From: a virus
DNA length: 64,000 nt
IMG/VR virus record: IMGVR_UViG_2773857937_000001
Coordinates: 2,960 to 66,959 of that record
Strand: one strand, 5' to 3'
How positions within the stretch are numbered: position 1 is the first letter of the stretch; each line of letters starts with the position of its first letter. The notes beneath the pieces were generated by a model that saw only the letters and a list, made by a program, of their open reading frames with translations, had not been told where the DNA came from and did no database searches. The position numbers and the translations under genes were made by a program. Shown here in pieces: positions 1 through 8,941 of this stretch.

Positions 1-30
1 CGATACAAGCGCGATACAAGCGCGATACGT
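1..30. repeat. 11-bp tandem repeat CGATACAAGCG (about 2.7 copies) at the window edge
   Basis: Read directly: cgatacaagcg cgatacaagcg cgatacg. Confidence 0.5.
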
Positions 31-195
31 CGTTACTGAGATCATGCAATTACGCCAGCGAGCTAATGAGTTGCGCACGTCTGTGGCGAATCTGGAACGT
101 GAAGAGAAAAATACCAAAGCCCGCTTGAGAGCTGCACGGACATCAATTTTATACGCTGAAAACGATCGCAAAAATATAGAGCAAGGGATTACTAA

Positions 196-1047
196 ATGAA
201 GATGGAACTCAAAGCGGAAACTATCAAGCACCCAGCCATTCGCTACCATGGCGGGAAATTCCGCCTTGCATCGTGGATTATCAACCATTTCCCCGCCCAC
301 CGTTGCTATGTAGAGCCTTTTGGCGGTGCCGCATCGGTTTTATTGAGGAAAGCGCCCAGCGACGCGGAAGTTTATAACGACCTCGACGGCGATGTTGTGA
401 ACCTATTTCGCGTACTGCGTAGCCCCGATTCACGTCAGTCACTTATTGATGCGTGTGCTTTAACACCTTATTCACGTAGTGAGTTTCGCTGCGCGTATGA
501 ACAAACAGACGATCCCATTGAACAGGCTCGACGACTAATTGTCCGGGCAACGATGGGATTTGGTAGCGCCGGTGCAACAAAGAGCCGCACAGGTTTCCGG
601 TTGGACACAAAACGAAACAGTGCAACGGCCCAAAAAATATGGGCAAGACAGCCGGATAATCTGGCCGCTGTGGGTAGTCGATTCGCCGGGGTACTCGTTG
701 AAAATCGCGATGCTATTCAGTGTATGCAGGACCATGACACAGCGAGCACATTGCATTTTGTTGATCCTCCGTATGTGCATGATACCCGCGTTAACGTTGC
801 GAAAAACAGCGCATACCGTTTCGAGATGACAAATAACGAACATAGCGTGCTACTTGCCAGCCTAAAGGATCTGAGCGGGATGGTCATTGTGTGCGGGTAT
901 GACAGCGATCTCTATAACGATTCACTCTCGAGCTGGAAGAGAGTTACACGCACTACTGCGGCAAATGGGCATTCAGGTTCAGTGCAACGTACTGAATGTT
1001 TGTGGATTAACCCGGCAGCGCAACAAAGGCTGGACGGCAAACAATGA
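196..1047 (+). CDS. Dam-family (D12 class) N6-adenine DNA methyltransferase
   Basis: The 283-aa ORF carries the FGGAASV AdoMet-binding motif and the DPPY catalytic motif, with the HGGK/W dam-like N-terminus. It is paralogous to the C-terminal half of the 863-aa Dmt at 34904-37495. Confidence 0.75.
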   Translation: MKMELKAETIKHPAIRYHGGKFRLASWIINHFPAHRCYVEPFGGAASVLLRKAPSDAEVYNDLDGDVVNLFRVLRSPDSRQSLIDACALTPYSRSEFRCAYEQTDDPIEQARRLIVRATMGFGSAGATKSRTGFRLDTKRNSATAQKIWARQPDNLAAVGSRFAGVLVENRDAIQCMQDHDTASTLHFVDPPYVHDTRVNVAKNSAYRFEMTNNEHSVLLASLKDLSGMVIVCGYDSDLYNDSLSSWKRVTRTTAANGHSGSVQRTECLWINPAAQQRLDGKQ

Positions 1048-1394
1048 GCAGAAAAGAGCCAAACCCGACACCAGGTAAAGTCATTCGTCCGAATTTGCCA
1101 CCAAGAGTACCGGCCATGGGCCAAACCAGGACCAACGAAATGGAACAATACCCTGTTATTACAGACGCCAACCAGAGTATTCCAGGTATCAGATTACCGT
1201 CGATAGATATCTTGAACGCCTTAGATTATCGGATGGGCTGTTTAAAAAAAGGAATTGCACAGGTTGCTGAAAAACAGCCAGAAGAGGCGGAAAAACTTCA
1301 AGCGTTAGTATCGGAGCTAATTGAAGCTGGACAAGCACGAAAAGCCCTTAAGCGGCAAGCAATTTTCTTAGTGATTGAGGAGGCTCAGTCATGA
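1044..1394 (+). CDS. hypothetical protein (116 aa)
   Basis: Its start overlaps the upstream stop (ATGA), and it is packed tightly in a same-strand operon. Confidence 0.4.
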   Translation: MSRKEPNPTPGKVIRPNLPPRVPAMGQTRTNEMEQYPVITDANQSIPGIRLPSIDILNALDYRMGCLKKGIAQVAEKQPEEAEKLQALVSELIEAGQARKALKRQAIFLVIEEAQS

Positions 1395-1873
1395 AAATTG
1401 ACTATCAGGCGATACGTGAACGTTACTCTCCAAAGCCAGTTCCGAAATGCCACATTTGCGGCGCAGAAATGACTGTACAGCGTATGTCTGCCAGCCGCAT
1501 CACTTATGGGTGTACGGGGGCAACATACGACGATAAAGGTTGCCATTATGCCGCAGGGCGTAGTTTCGTGGACGACCATTATGAGCGGTCCTGCGTCACT
1601 GTCGTCGATGTTAGTGATCCAGAGGTGCTGGTGGTATTAGATGAACTTGAAGCCGCACAAAAGCTATTTGCAGAGGCAACGCTAAAGCTAATTAAGCAAC
1701 ACGCTTTACTGAATAAAGCCGAAATACACATCAAGGAAATTGAAGCACGGACTGTTTCGCTACCAGATGTAGAGAAATGGCGCTCCGTTGATGCTGTACG
1801 TGCTCAGAATGCTTACAAAGTTCTCGTTAGCAAAGTCCTTGCCGACATTGGCATAGCCATCGAGGAGGCATGA
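1391..1873 (+). CDS. hypothetical protein with N-terminal CxxC...C Zn-ribbon (160 aa)
   Basis: ORF with CHICGAEM...YGCTG cysteine pairs and an overlapping ATGA start. Confidence 0.45.
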   Translation: MKIDYQAIRERYSPKPVPKCHICGAEMTVQRMSASRITYGCTGATYDDKGCHYAAGRSFVDDHYERSCVTVVDVSDPEVLVVLDELEAAQKLFAEATLKLIKQHALLNKAEIHIKEIEARTVSLPDVEKWRSVDAVRAQNAYKVLVSKVLADIGIAIEEA

Positions 1874-1874
1874 G

Positions 1875-2186
1875 ATGGCGAGCAAATCACTATGGGCAAT
1901 AGTCGATTTCCTTCGGGTTAACCAAACCATCACGCCGCGCCAGGTTCAGAGCCTGCTGGGATGTGACAGTAAGAAATCACACAACCTGCTGCTTCACCTG
2001 GTGCGCAGAGCAGTAATTATTCGCGCCGGCGATCCGCATCACCCGGTCTATTCGCTGCAACCCGGCGGAGAACTGAATATCAAGCAGATCAAATCGAGCG
2101 TGCGAAAAAACATGGTCACATCAGTATGCCGCACAAGTCCTGCTATGCAGCGTGTATTGGCGTTTTACGGGAGAGGATCAGCATGA
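1875..2186 (+). CDS. hypothetical small protein (103 aa)
   Basis: Operon packing. Confidence 0.35.
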   Translation: MASKSLWAIVDFLRVNQTITPRQVQSLLGCDSKKSHNLLLHLVRRAVIIRAGDPHHPVYSLQPGGELNIKQIKSSVRKNMVTSVCRTSPAMQRVLAFYGRGSA

Positions 2187-2869
2187 CAGTCCATACAATT
2201 AAGCAATGCCGCCCTGACCAGAAAGAAACCGAGTATTTCTGGAAATTGTTTCATGCGGCGCAACGCAATGATGCTCGCTGGCACGGTAGTGAAATCAGCA
2301 TTATCGCCGATGAGCTGTCCCGAACGGATTTAGATCGTAACCAAAAGCTATTTCTTCTCCGCGCCTGGCAAGTGCTTGTAGACGACAAAGGAGGATTCGG
2401 GCGCTTTATGGGTGCTTTCGATACCTATGTCTACAACATGCAGGATCCTGATGATGATTGCGTCGCATGGAAGCCTGAACTTAGCAAACTGCTGTGTGAC
2501 GGGCAATTGTTGGACGTGGTTATCGATGCTTATCACTCTGCTCGCCAGCGCATAGCCGAACTGGAGGCGCGTGTATTCACTTCAGCTGCTCACGATGTAC
2601 TGGCAGAGCGCCAACGGCAAATCAACACGGAAGGCTGGAAGCCGGAACATGACGATGAGCACGTAGAGGGCCAACTTTCTGATGCTGCTGCATGTTATGC
2701 GTTATTCGCTACAGACCAAAGACGACCGGTTCCAGCGCACTGGCCATGGTCGGATGATTGGTGGAAGCAACGCGGTCAACGACGTGATTTAGTCAGGGCT
2801 GGTGCGCTAATCATTGCTGAAATTGAGCGACTCGACCGCGCCGCTGGCATTTGCGTGAATGGAGAGTGA
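2183..2869 (+). CDS. hypothetical protein (228 aa) with HDDEH acidic motif (possible NTP pyrophosphohydrolase-like domain)
   Basis: The start was moved to ATG 2183 (MTVHTIKQC), which is preceded by GAGAGGA. The C-terminus carries EHDDEHVEGQLSDAAACYA. Confidence 0.45.
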   Translation: MTVHTIKQCRPDQKETEYFWKLFHAAQRNDARWHGSEISIIADELSRTDLDRNQKLFLLRAWQVLVDDKGGFGRFMGAFDTYVYNMQDPDDDCVAWKPELSKLLCDGQLLDVVIDAYHSARQRIAELEARVFTSAAHDVLAERQRQINTEGWKPEHDDEHVEGQLSDAAACYALFATDQRRPVPAHWPWSDDWWKQRGQRRDLVRAGALIIAEIERLDRAAGICVNGE

Positions 2870-3290
2870 GATGGCATCCAAAATTTATGAAACCCACCTG
2901 GTGCCGATTAACAAAATGGCAGCAATCGTAACGGGTAAGGGCTTTGAGTATCAACCTAACTGCCTGATCAATTGTGATGAGTATGTCGGCCCGCCAGAAA
3001 CAGTGCCAGTAAAAGAGCTTGCTCTAAATCCTTCGTTTGTTGATCTAACTGGCCGAAAGAAAGGGCGTTTTACTGTAATCGGCCTGATGAAAGAGAAAAA
3101 AGGCAGTTGGTTAGTCAGGTGTGTGTGCGGAACGTATACCACGCGCTCTGCAAAATCTATCAAAGGGGCAGACAGCAACCCTAATTCACACCTGGATGCA
3201 TGCCGCCGCTGCATGCATGAGGCTTACCGTAAGCGGGAGTATATCTACCGTACCACAGGCAAAGATGTTGATCTTTCGGAGGTGTGGTAA
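2859..3290 (+). CDS. hypothetical Cys-rich protein (143 aa)
   Basis: The ORF contains CVCG...CRRC cysteine pairs. Confidence 0.4.
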   Translation: MESEMASKIYETHLVPINKMAAIVTGKGFEYQPNCLINCDEYVGPPETVPVKELALNPSFVDLTGRKKGRFTVIGLMKEKKGSWLVRCVCGTYTTRSAKSIKGADSNPNSHLDACRRCMHEAYRKREYIYRTTGKDVDLSEVW

Positions 3291-3321
3291 TGGCATCTTT
3301 GTTCAAATTGAGGACTAACCC

Positions 3322-3510
3322 ATGACAACTAATTACCTTACAGACGCTTCCATCGACGCTGCACTATTCTCTTCACTTGAGGGCTTCGCTTCTCTGGTGG
3401 TTAGTTCTATTGAGTTTGACCTCGGCAGAGAGCTGACGGAAGAGGAATGTCAACGTGTTTACCGTTATGCGGAAACGGCAATTACTAAAGGGCTAACCCA
3501 TGAGCAATGA
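3322..3510 (+). CDS. hypothetical small acidic protein (62 aa)
   Basis: The ORF lies in the operon. Confidence 0.3.
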   Translation: MTTNYLTDASIDAALFSSLEGFASLVVSSIEFDLGRELTEEECQRVYRYAETAITKGLTHEQ

Positions 3511-4231
3511 CCAGTTAACAAGCGAGAATCTGGACGATGAGACGCTGGCTGAATTGATTGAATTTCGCCGGACAACACTCAAGCACCATACAGATGAGGG
3601 GAACAAAACACAGGCCGTATTACACAATATGGTGCTGGTGGCATTGCTTGAGCTACAAGAACGCCGCAAGCCACAACGACCGGTAGCGTTCCTGAATGAT
3701 GCACATCTTAATCGCGGTTATGTCGAGGGTGGAGTAACGAGCGACGATGATGCGCCGGGGATGATTCCTGTATACCGGGAGCCAGTGGGCGTGGTCTACG
3801 TTAGTTGCCTGCCTGAATCAGAGTTTGATGAGCTACAGGAACGCCGCAAGGCTGATAGCGCTGAGCCGGTTTACCAATGGCGTGAGGCTTTTGAAGAAGA
3901 TTCGCTATGGGATGACTGCACCAAAGCTCAGTACGACGGATTCGCCAAAAAGACGGATTGTGAAGTACGCATTCTCTACACCACACCTCCAGCGCCGACA
4001 GTGCTGAGTACTACCGAAATCATTTCACAACTGGAGCAAGTTCTCAATTGGATACTGAATACGTTACCAGTGCCTACACCGCTGACAATACCAAATGCCC
4101 GACGGTTAACAAATGTGATTAATACCTGCCGCGCCGCCATGCTTCAGGGCGGATTCCGCGATTTATCACAACCAGTAGATCCGCAGGTTGCCGAATATGA
4201 GCAAATCATGCTTCAAGGTGGCGACAAATGA
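3500..4231 (+). CDS. hypothetical protein (243 aa) with internal ELQERRK duplication
   Basis: ELQERRKPQRP and ELQERRKADSA repeats, plus a PPAPTVL motif shared with the next ORF. Confidence 0.45.
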   Translation: MSNDQLTSENLDDETLAELIEFRRTTLKHHTDEGNKTQAVLHNMVLVALLELQERRKPQRPVAFLNDAHLNRGYVEGGVTSDDDAPGMIPVYREPVGVVYVSCLPESEFDELQERRKADSAEPVYQWREAFEEDSLWDDCTKAQYDGFAKKTDCEVRILYTTPPAPTVLSTTEIISQLEQVLNWILNTLPVPTPLTIPNARRLTNVINTCRAAMLQGGFRDLSQPVDPQVAEYEQIMLQGGDK

Positions 4232-4938
4232 TCGCGTTTACCCAAGAAGAGCTACAACGCATAGCAGATACAGATCACGTTCAATCCGGTGACGCTTCGG
4301 CAATAGCTCGCATGCTACTGGCATCGTTAAATGCTACCCCTATTTATCAGGTTCAATATGGACAGAAATGGAGAGATGTAACCAAAGAGCGTTATGAAGA
4401 CCATCGTGATCATGGTTCATCGACCCGTATCGTCTATGCCGAGCCACCAGCGCCGGTGGGCCTAGTTGATGATGCCTATTTAGAATCTTTAATAAAATAC
4501 CAAGAAGCGGAGTTGAAAGCGGCTGAATATGAACTGAAAAAAAATGCCACTCAAGCAATGGATTATAGTGCGGATCGTGAAATGCTAAAACGGCTGGCCG
4601 TTATTATGTCTGGCAATGATTCTCCGGGAGAAATTCGCTCTTTAACTGTCACTGCACAATCGCTGGTGGACCGTTGTAAAGCGCTGGCGCGGGATAAAGA
4701 AGCGTTGCCATCAGACATCTATACGCTTTGGAGACCAGCATCGCCAGATGAGATAAACAAACGCAGCATACGTGAGTCTACAAACATTGATTCCCCATCT
4801 CGCGAAGCCATTATTGCTGGTGGCGTTTTGGTCCAATGCCCTCGATGCGATGGTGATTCTTACCGTTTAAAATTTAATGGTTGGAATCATTATTGGTGCG
4901 ATAAATGTGCAAACGCCATTGCTTCGGAGGGGAAATGA
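4228..4938 (+). CDS. hypothetical protein (236 aa) with C-terminal CPRC...CDKC Zn-ribbon
   Basis: Overlapping ATGA start. It shares the PPAPVGL motif with the 3500-4231 product. Confidence 0.45.
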   Translation: MIAFTQEELQRIADTDHVQSGDASAIARMLLASLNATPIYQVQYGQKWRDVTKERYEDHRDHGSSTRIVYAEPPAPVGLVDDAYLESLIKYQEAELKAAEYELKKNATQAMDYSADREMLKRLAVIMSGNDSPGEIRSLTVTAQSLVDRCKALARDKEALPSDIYTLWRPASPDEINKRSIRESTNIDSPSREAIIAGGVLVQCPRCDGDSYRLKFNGWNHYWCDKCANAIASEGK

Positions 4939-5171
4939 ATATTCACGTTTTTTTATCTATTCTGGTTGTTTATTTCCTGGGATTTATTGGCATGTATTTC
5001 TATTCGCTAAAGCAGGATGAGGAATGTGACCTCGAAAGGAATCCAAAAGAAGCGCTATTATTCGCTTTATTTTGGTTTGTGCTCATTCCAATTCTGCTTA
5101 TCTGGATTGTAGTAGAAACAATTATTCACCTAGTACGCGCTGCATACAACCGGTATAAAAATAATGGCTGA
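4905..5171 (+). CDS. small membrane protein (88 aa, two hydrophobic helices)
   Basis: Hydrophobic segments LSILVVYFLGFIGMYF and ALFWFVLIPILLIWIVV. Confidence 0.4.
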   Translation: MCKRHCFGGEMNIHVFLSILVVYFLGFIGMYFYSLKQDEECDLERNPKEALLFALFWFVLIPILLIWIVVETIIHLVRAAYNRYKNNG

Positions 5172-5472
5172 TCTCCAACTGGCGGTGAAAGGCGAATACT
5201 TTGACGCGATGAAACGCGGTGTAAAACCCAATGAGTACCGATTATACAACGATTATTGGATTAAACGGCTGGTAGGCCGCTCATATGACCGCCTGATTAT
5301 TACCAGGGGCTATCCACGCAAAGACGACGCGGATCGGCGCATTGTTGTTCCGTATGACGGCTATGACATAGAGACAATAACCCATCCTCACTTTGGTTCC
5401 GAGCCGGTGAAGGTGTTTGCAATAAAGGTGAATATCAATGCCAAAATCGTTAAACATAGAGCATCTGCGTGA
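5164..5472 (+). CDS. ASCH/DUF3850-like small protein (102 aa)
   Basis: An EYFDAMKRGVKPNEYR N-terminal pattern like the ASCH/PUA-like fold. This is recalled, not searched. Confidence 0.35.
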   Translation: MADLQLAVKGEYFDAMKRGVKPNEYRLYNDYWIKRLVGRSYDRLIITRGYPRKDDADRRIVVPYDGYDIETITHPHFGSEPVKVFAIKVNINAKIVKHRASA

Positions 5473-6127
5473 AGTTGCAGCAAAGACAAAGAATGATGGT
5501 CAATTGGCCTACAACAAATACCCAAGAGGAATTAGAGTGGAAATTATCTTATCGGCTATGTCCCCGGAACTCGCTACTGCTTTTGATACAGCGTTTGCCG
5601 ACCTCGATAACTGGCGGGTAGTTCGCGGCCCATTCGAAAGCATTCAAACGTTTGATTGTATGGTTAGCGCGGCGAATTCATTTGGCCTGATGGACGGAGG
5701 CGTAGACGCAGCGATTACTGCTTTCTATGGTATCCATCTACAAAATCGCGTACAGCAGCACATCATTGCTGAATATCTTGGTGAGCAGCCGGTCGGTACA
5801 GCATTTGTAATTGGTACAAATCATGAGAAGCACCCTTGGCTGGTTCATGCCCCCACGATGAGGACGCCAGCGCTCATATCTGGAACTGATGCAGTATACC
5901 GTGCTACTTGGGCTGCGCTGGTGGCCATCCACAACCACAACAAGGAGGGTGATCGCATCACGACGGTTGTATTCCCTGCAATGGGAGCGGGTTGCGGTGA
6001 AGTGCCAGCAAAGAATGTTGCTGAACAAATGGCGTTAGCATGGCGAAATTTTCACGCGGTACCAACACTGATCAACTGGCCATATGCGTTTCAGAGATCG
6101 CGATTAGTTGATCAGTGTATAGGGTAA
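5438..6127 (+). CDS. macro-domain (ADP-ribose binding/processing) protein
   Basis: The SAANSFGLMDGGVDAAI motif and a later PAMGAGCGEVP glycine-rich loop are typical of macro domains. Confidence 0.6.
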   Translation: MPKSLNIEHLREVAAKTKNDGQLAYNKYPRGIRVEIILSAMSPELATAFDTAFADLDNWRVVRGPFESIQTFDCMVSAANSFGLMDGGVDAAITAFYGIHLQNRVQQHIIAEYLGEQPVGTAFVIGTNHEKHPWLVHAPTMRTPALISGTDAVYRATWAALVAIHNHNKEGDRITTVVFPAMGAGCGEVPAKNVAEQMALAWRNFHAVPTLINWPYAFQRSRLVDQCIG

Positions 6128-6197
6128 TAGGAATTGACAGCATGACTCAGCGCAATAATACTGTACATATGACCAGTGTTATTGCGCGAGGTATTCC

Positions 6198-6527
6198 GTG
6201 GGTTTTCCATCACCGGCAGCTGATTATGTCGAACGCCGCCTTACAGTAGACGATATCTGCCAGAACGACGCTAACTGCGTAACAATACAAACATCGACCG
6301 GCTACGCCGTTGTTAACCGCTCATTAAGGCCAAAACAGAGCAATCTGGTGCTGATCTCATTCTGTGGTCGAACTCACTTTGCGCGCGTAATGGGGCGGTC
6401 GCTGATAACTGACGACGGCGAAGCCATTGAAGGGGACGCACTTGATGATGTCAGTGTTACAGGCGTTGTGACTTTTCTCATCAACCGCGCTGTTAACACC
6501 GCCTCAGATGAATTACCAGTGGTCTGA
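6198..6527 (+). CDS. hypothetical protein (109 aa)
   Basis: ORF only. Confidence 0.3.
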   Translation: MGFPSPAADYVERRLTVDDICQNDANCVTIQTSTGYAVVNRSLRPKQSNLVLISFCGRTHFARVMGRSLITDDGEAIEGDALDDVSVTGVVTFLINRAVNTASDELPVV

Positions 6528-6556
6528 TCGCTCGGTTCTTAAAGGCACATTCCCTT

Positions 6557-7162
6557 TTATCCGTTCTGCACTTCGCGGATACGTTTAATCACGACTTCCC
6601 GAAGTTCGCTTAACGCGTTTGCTTCATTACCCAGCTTAGAGATAGACATCTCAAGTGCATTGCTATACCAGGCCAGTTGAGGCAAGTTCATGTGATTATG
6701 GTTGAGGGTAGGGGCAACCTCTACAATCTCGTTTTGTTCCTGTGCCAGCGAGTACGTATTCATTTCTTCCATTGTGGCGAACTCACCTACAATGACCTGC
6801 TGGTGGTCCGGACGTTGTGGCTGTCGGATGAGGACAAACGGTGGTTCTGTCGAGTACAGGAATATAGGTTTGGCGCGTGTTTTTACCCATTTAGCTTGTT
6901 TCTTTTCTGCCAGTTCACAGGCTTCATCATACGTGTCAGCTACACCCAGGAAAGAAGAGCGATCCCATGCCCCGCCATTGAGACAGCGAACCATAATTTT
7001 TCCGTCCGGTTGAGTAAGCCCATACGGATGGTCCCACCAGGCGTCGAGCTGGCTCTTAGAACGTTTGTCGTTTGGTGTAACGTCAAAATTGGCAGGTAGT
7101 TTAGGGTCCAGTGGAATACAGTTAGGCATAAATATCCTTTTTCCCGAAAGTGTTAGGTTCAC
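6557..7162 (-). CDS. hypothetical protein (201 aa)
   Basis: A long minus-strand ORF that converges on the upstream operon. It has an ATG with an AAAGGA-like RBS. Confidence 0.5.
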   Translation of the reverse strand: MNLTLSGKRIFMPNCIPLDPKLPANFDVTPNDKRSKSQLDAWWDHPYGLTQPDGKIMVRCLNGGAWDRSSFLGVADTYDEACELAEKKQAKWVKTRAKPIFLYSTEPPFVLIRQPQRPDHQQVIVGEFATMEEMNTYSLAQEQNEIVEVAPTLNHNHMNLPQLAWYSNALEMSISKLGNEANALSELREVVIKRIREVQNG

Positions 7163-7218
7163 AGAATACCCTGAAAAGGCTTTTTGATAACGTGAGAGTC
7201 AGAACAGAATAGAATCAT

Positions 7219-7256
7219 TTTGTTTGTATTGACAAACAAAAAACAAACTATTATAT
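7219..7256 (+). promoter_or_regulatory. sigma70-type promoter (TTGACA-16-TTATAT) overlapped by inverted repeat TTTGTTTGT/ACAAACAAA (operator-like)
   Basis: Read directly in the intergenic region between divergent genes. Confidence 0.45.
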
Positions 7257-7317
7257 TGCCCACATGGTGCTAAAACAGTGCCATCGCCCCGGCGCACCGG
7301 GCAACAGGAATAAAATA

Positions 7318-7689
7318 ATGAACAAATTACAAACAATCTCCGCCGATGACCTCTACTACAACACCGAATGGAATCCCGTTCAAAACATTGATGTAAAAAT
7401 TTGGGATGATCGTAACCAGGATTGCTATGGCACTGCCGATTTAACCTCAAAAGACGGCAAGACCTCCATTACGTTCCCATGGAAAATTAACTACACCTCC
7501 ATGGTATGCGGCGATGACGATATGCTGGAAATCTCCATTGTCGGCACACCTGAACTCAATTTGCCAGCCCAGGCTGAAACCTCATTACCTCTGTTAGAGG
7601 TTATGGAAGAACTGGACATGATTATTGGTATCAGCGCGCAAATCCGTAACCACTGGATCCACAACACGCCTCCAATTTTAGAGCAGTAG
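7318..7689 (+). CDS. hypothetical protein (123 aa)
   Basis: Start chosen at ATG 7318 (MNKLQTI) after AGGAATAAAATA. Confidence 0.45.
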   Translation: MNKLQTISADDLYYNTEWNPVQNIDVKIWDDRNQDCYGTADLTSKDGKTSITFPWKINYTSMVCGDDDMLEISIVGTPELNLPAQAETSLPLLEVMEELDMIIGISAQIRNHWIHNTPPILEQ

Positions 7690-7698
7690 GGATAGTTT

Positions 7699-7941
7699 AT
7701 GTCCGAAAAACCACGCGATCCGCGCAGTAAAAACCCTCTTAAAGAAGCCGTCGCAGCGACGGCTCATATACAGATGCGCGTAACCCCCGATCGTAAAAAA
7801 CGTTACGTCGCCCAGGCAAGGGCCGAGGGCATGAAGCTAACCGACTGGATCCAGAGCCATATGGATAACGTTTGTAATGAAGCTGGCCAGCCTGACACCA
7901 CTATGTACAAAGAGTACGGAGAGAGTCATGGAAAAGAATGA
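7699..7941 (+). CDS. small ribbon-helix-helix-like DNA-binding protein (80 aa)
   Basis: IQMRVTPDRKKRYVAQARAEGMKLTDWI resembles RHH (CopG/Arc) strand-helix-helix. Confidence 0.35.
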   Translation: MSEKPRDPRSKNPLKEAVAATAHIQMRVTPDRKKRYVAQARAEGMKLTDWIQSHMDNVCNEAGQPDTTMYKEYGESHGKE

Positions 7942-8617
7942 TCAGATAAATCAGGATGAAGTAAAAAGCGTAGCCCGTGCCGCACTGGATTACATTGATG
8001 CGCTTCCGAAGGAAGTTGTGGCGGCGCTGCCAGCAATGCCTGGTTTTGATCGAGATTGGGCTGAAAATGTGCTGGCTGATGTAACAAGCCCAACGGCCTT
8101 AATCCCGAACCATATGTTTTTCGACAATGACGATGAGCCGTATACAGTGCTACGTACTATCAAAGGCCTTCTGGAAATGCAGGGCTTTATCGTTAAGGAA
8201 GATCCTGAGCGCATGTTTGCGCCTGGTGCGCATGGCAATCAGGAGGCGCAGGCCGCTGCTACCTGTACCGCGTATTTTGCTGACGTACCGCGTGATGTGC
8301 TGGAGAAGGTGATCCCCACTGATAACCGTTTTAACATCGATATGTCAGATGTGCTGAAAGGTATTGGCATTGACTTAAAAGATGAGAAATTATGGCAGCT
8401 TTCCGACTCCATGACCAATACCGTCAATGAGCTGGCTAATTATCTTATAAGTGATGGCTGGACGCCTCACGAAATTACCTTTGATGGTCGCTATCGTTTC
8501 TCCAAGCAGGTCGGCGGTGAAATGCAATACAGGGATATAATTTCCCGCGTTGAAGGTAATGGCCCCACATTGAGAGCTAATGTGTGGGATGAAGCTGTCC
8601 AGGTAGAAGGGAAATAG
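7928..8617 (+). CDS. hypothetical acidic protein (229 aa)
   Basis: Start moved to ATG 7928 (MEKNDQ), which has a GGAGAG RBS and an ATG..TGA overlap with the upstream gene. Confidence 0.45.
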   Translation: MEKNDQINQDEVKSVARAALDYIDALPKEVVAALPAMPGFDRDWAENVLADVTSPTALIPNHMFFDNDDEPYTVLRTIKGLLEMQGFIVKEDPERMFAPGAHGNQEAQAAATCTAYFADVPRDVLEKVIPTDNRFNIDMSDVLKGIGIDLKDEKLWQLSDSMTNTVNELANYLISDGWTPHEITFDGRYRFSKQVGGEMQYRDIISRVEGNGPTLRANVWDEAVQVEGK

Positions 8618-8619
8618 CG

Positions 8620-8931
8620 ATGAGCAAAACAGTATTTTTGGTGGAGGTAGAACCTTTCAAGGTCTGCGGCCCTGAAACGGAAGTAGGTAAGTTTGTCTTT
8701 GAGCGCGATCTGGTGGAGGAAACGCCAACGCACTACGTTGTAACGAGTCTGGCGCGTTCTGAGGAGGTTGTGAAGTTTTCCCGCCGTGAGTGCGTAGCAT
8801 TTGATACTCGTGATGAGGCGTTGCTACACCTTGAGCGCATTGTGCTTAATAAAATGCAGGGGCTGGAAGACGAGCTGGGGAAATGGCAGCACTTCATTGA
8901 CTCTGTTGATGATGAACTCCGGAAATCGTAA
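8620..8931 (+). CDS. hypothetical protein (103 aa)
   Basis: ORF 3 nt after the upstream stop. Confidence 0.45.
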   Translation: MSKTVFLVEVEPFKVCGPETEVGKFVFERDLVEETPTHYVVTSLARSEEVVKFSRRECVAFDTRDEALLHLERIVLNKMQGLEDELGKWQHFIDSVDDELRKS

Positions 8932-8941
8932 GTAGGACAAA

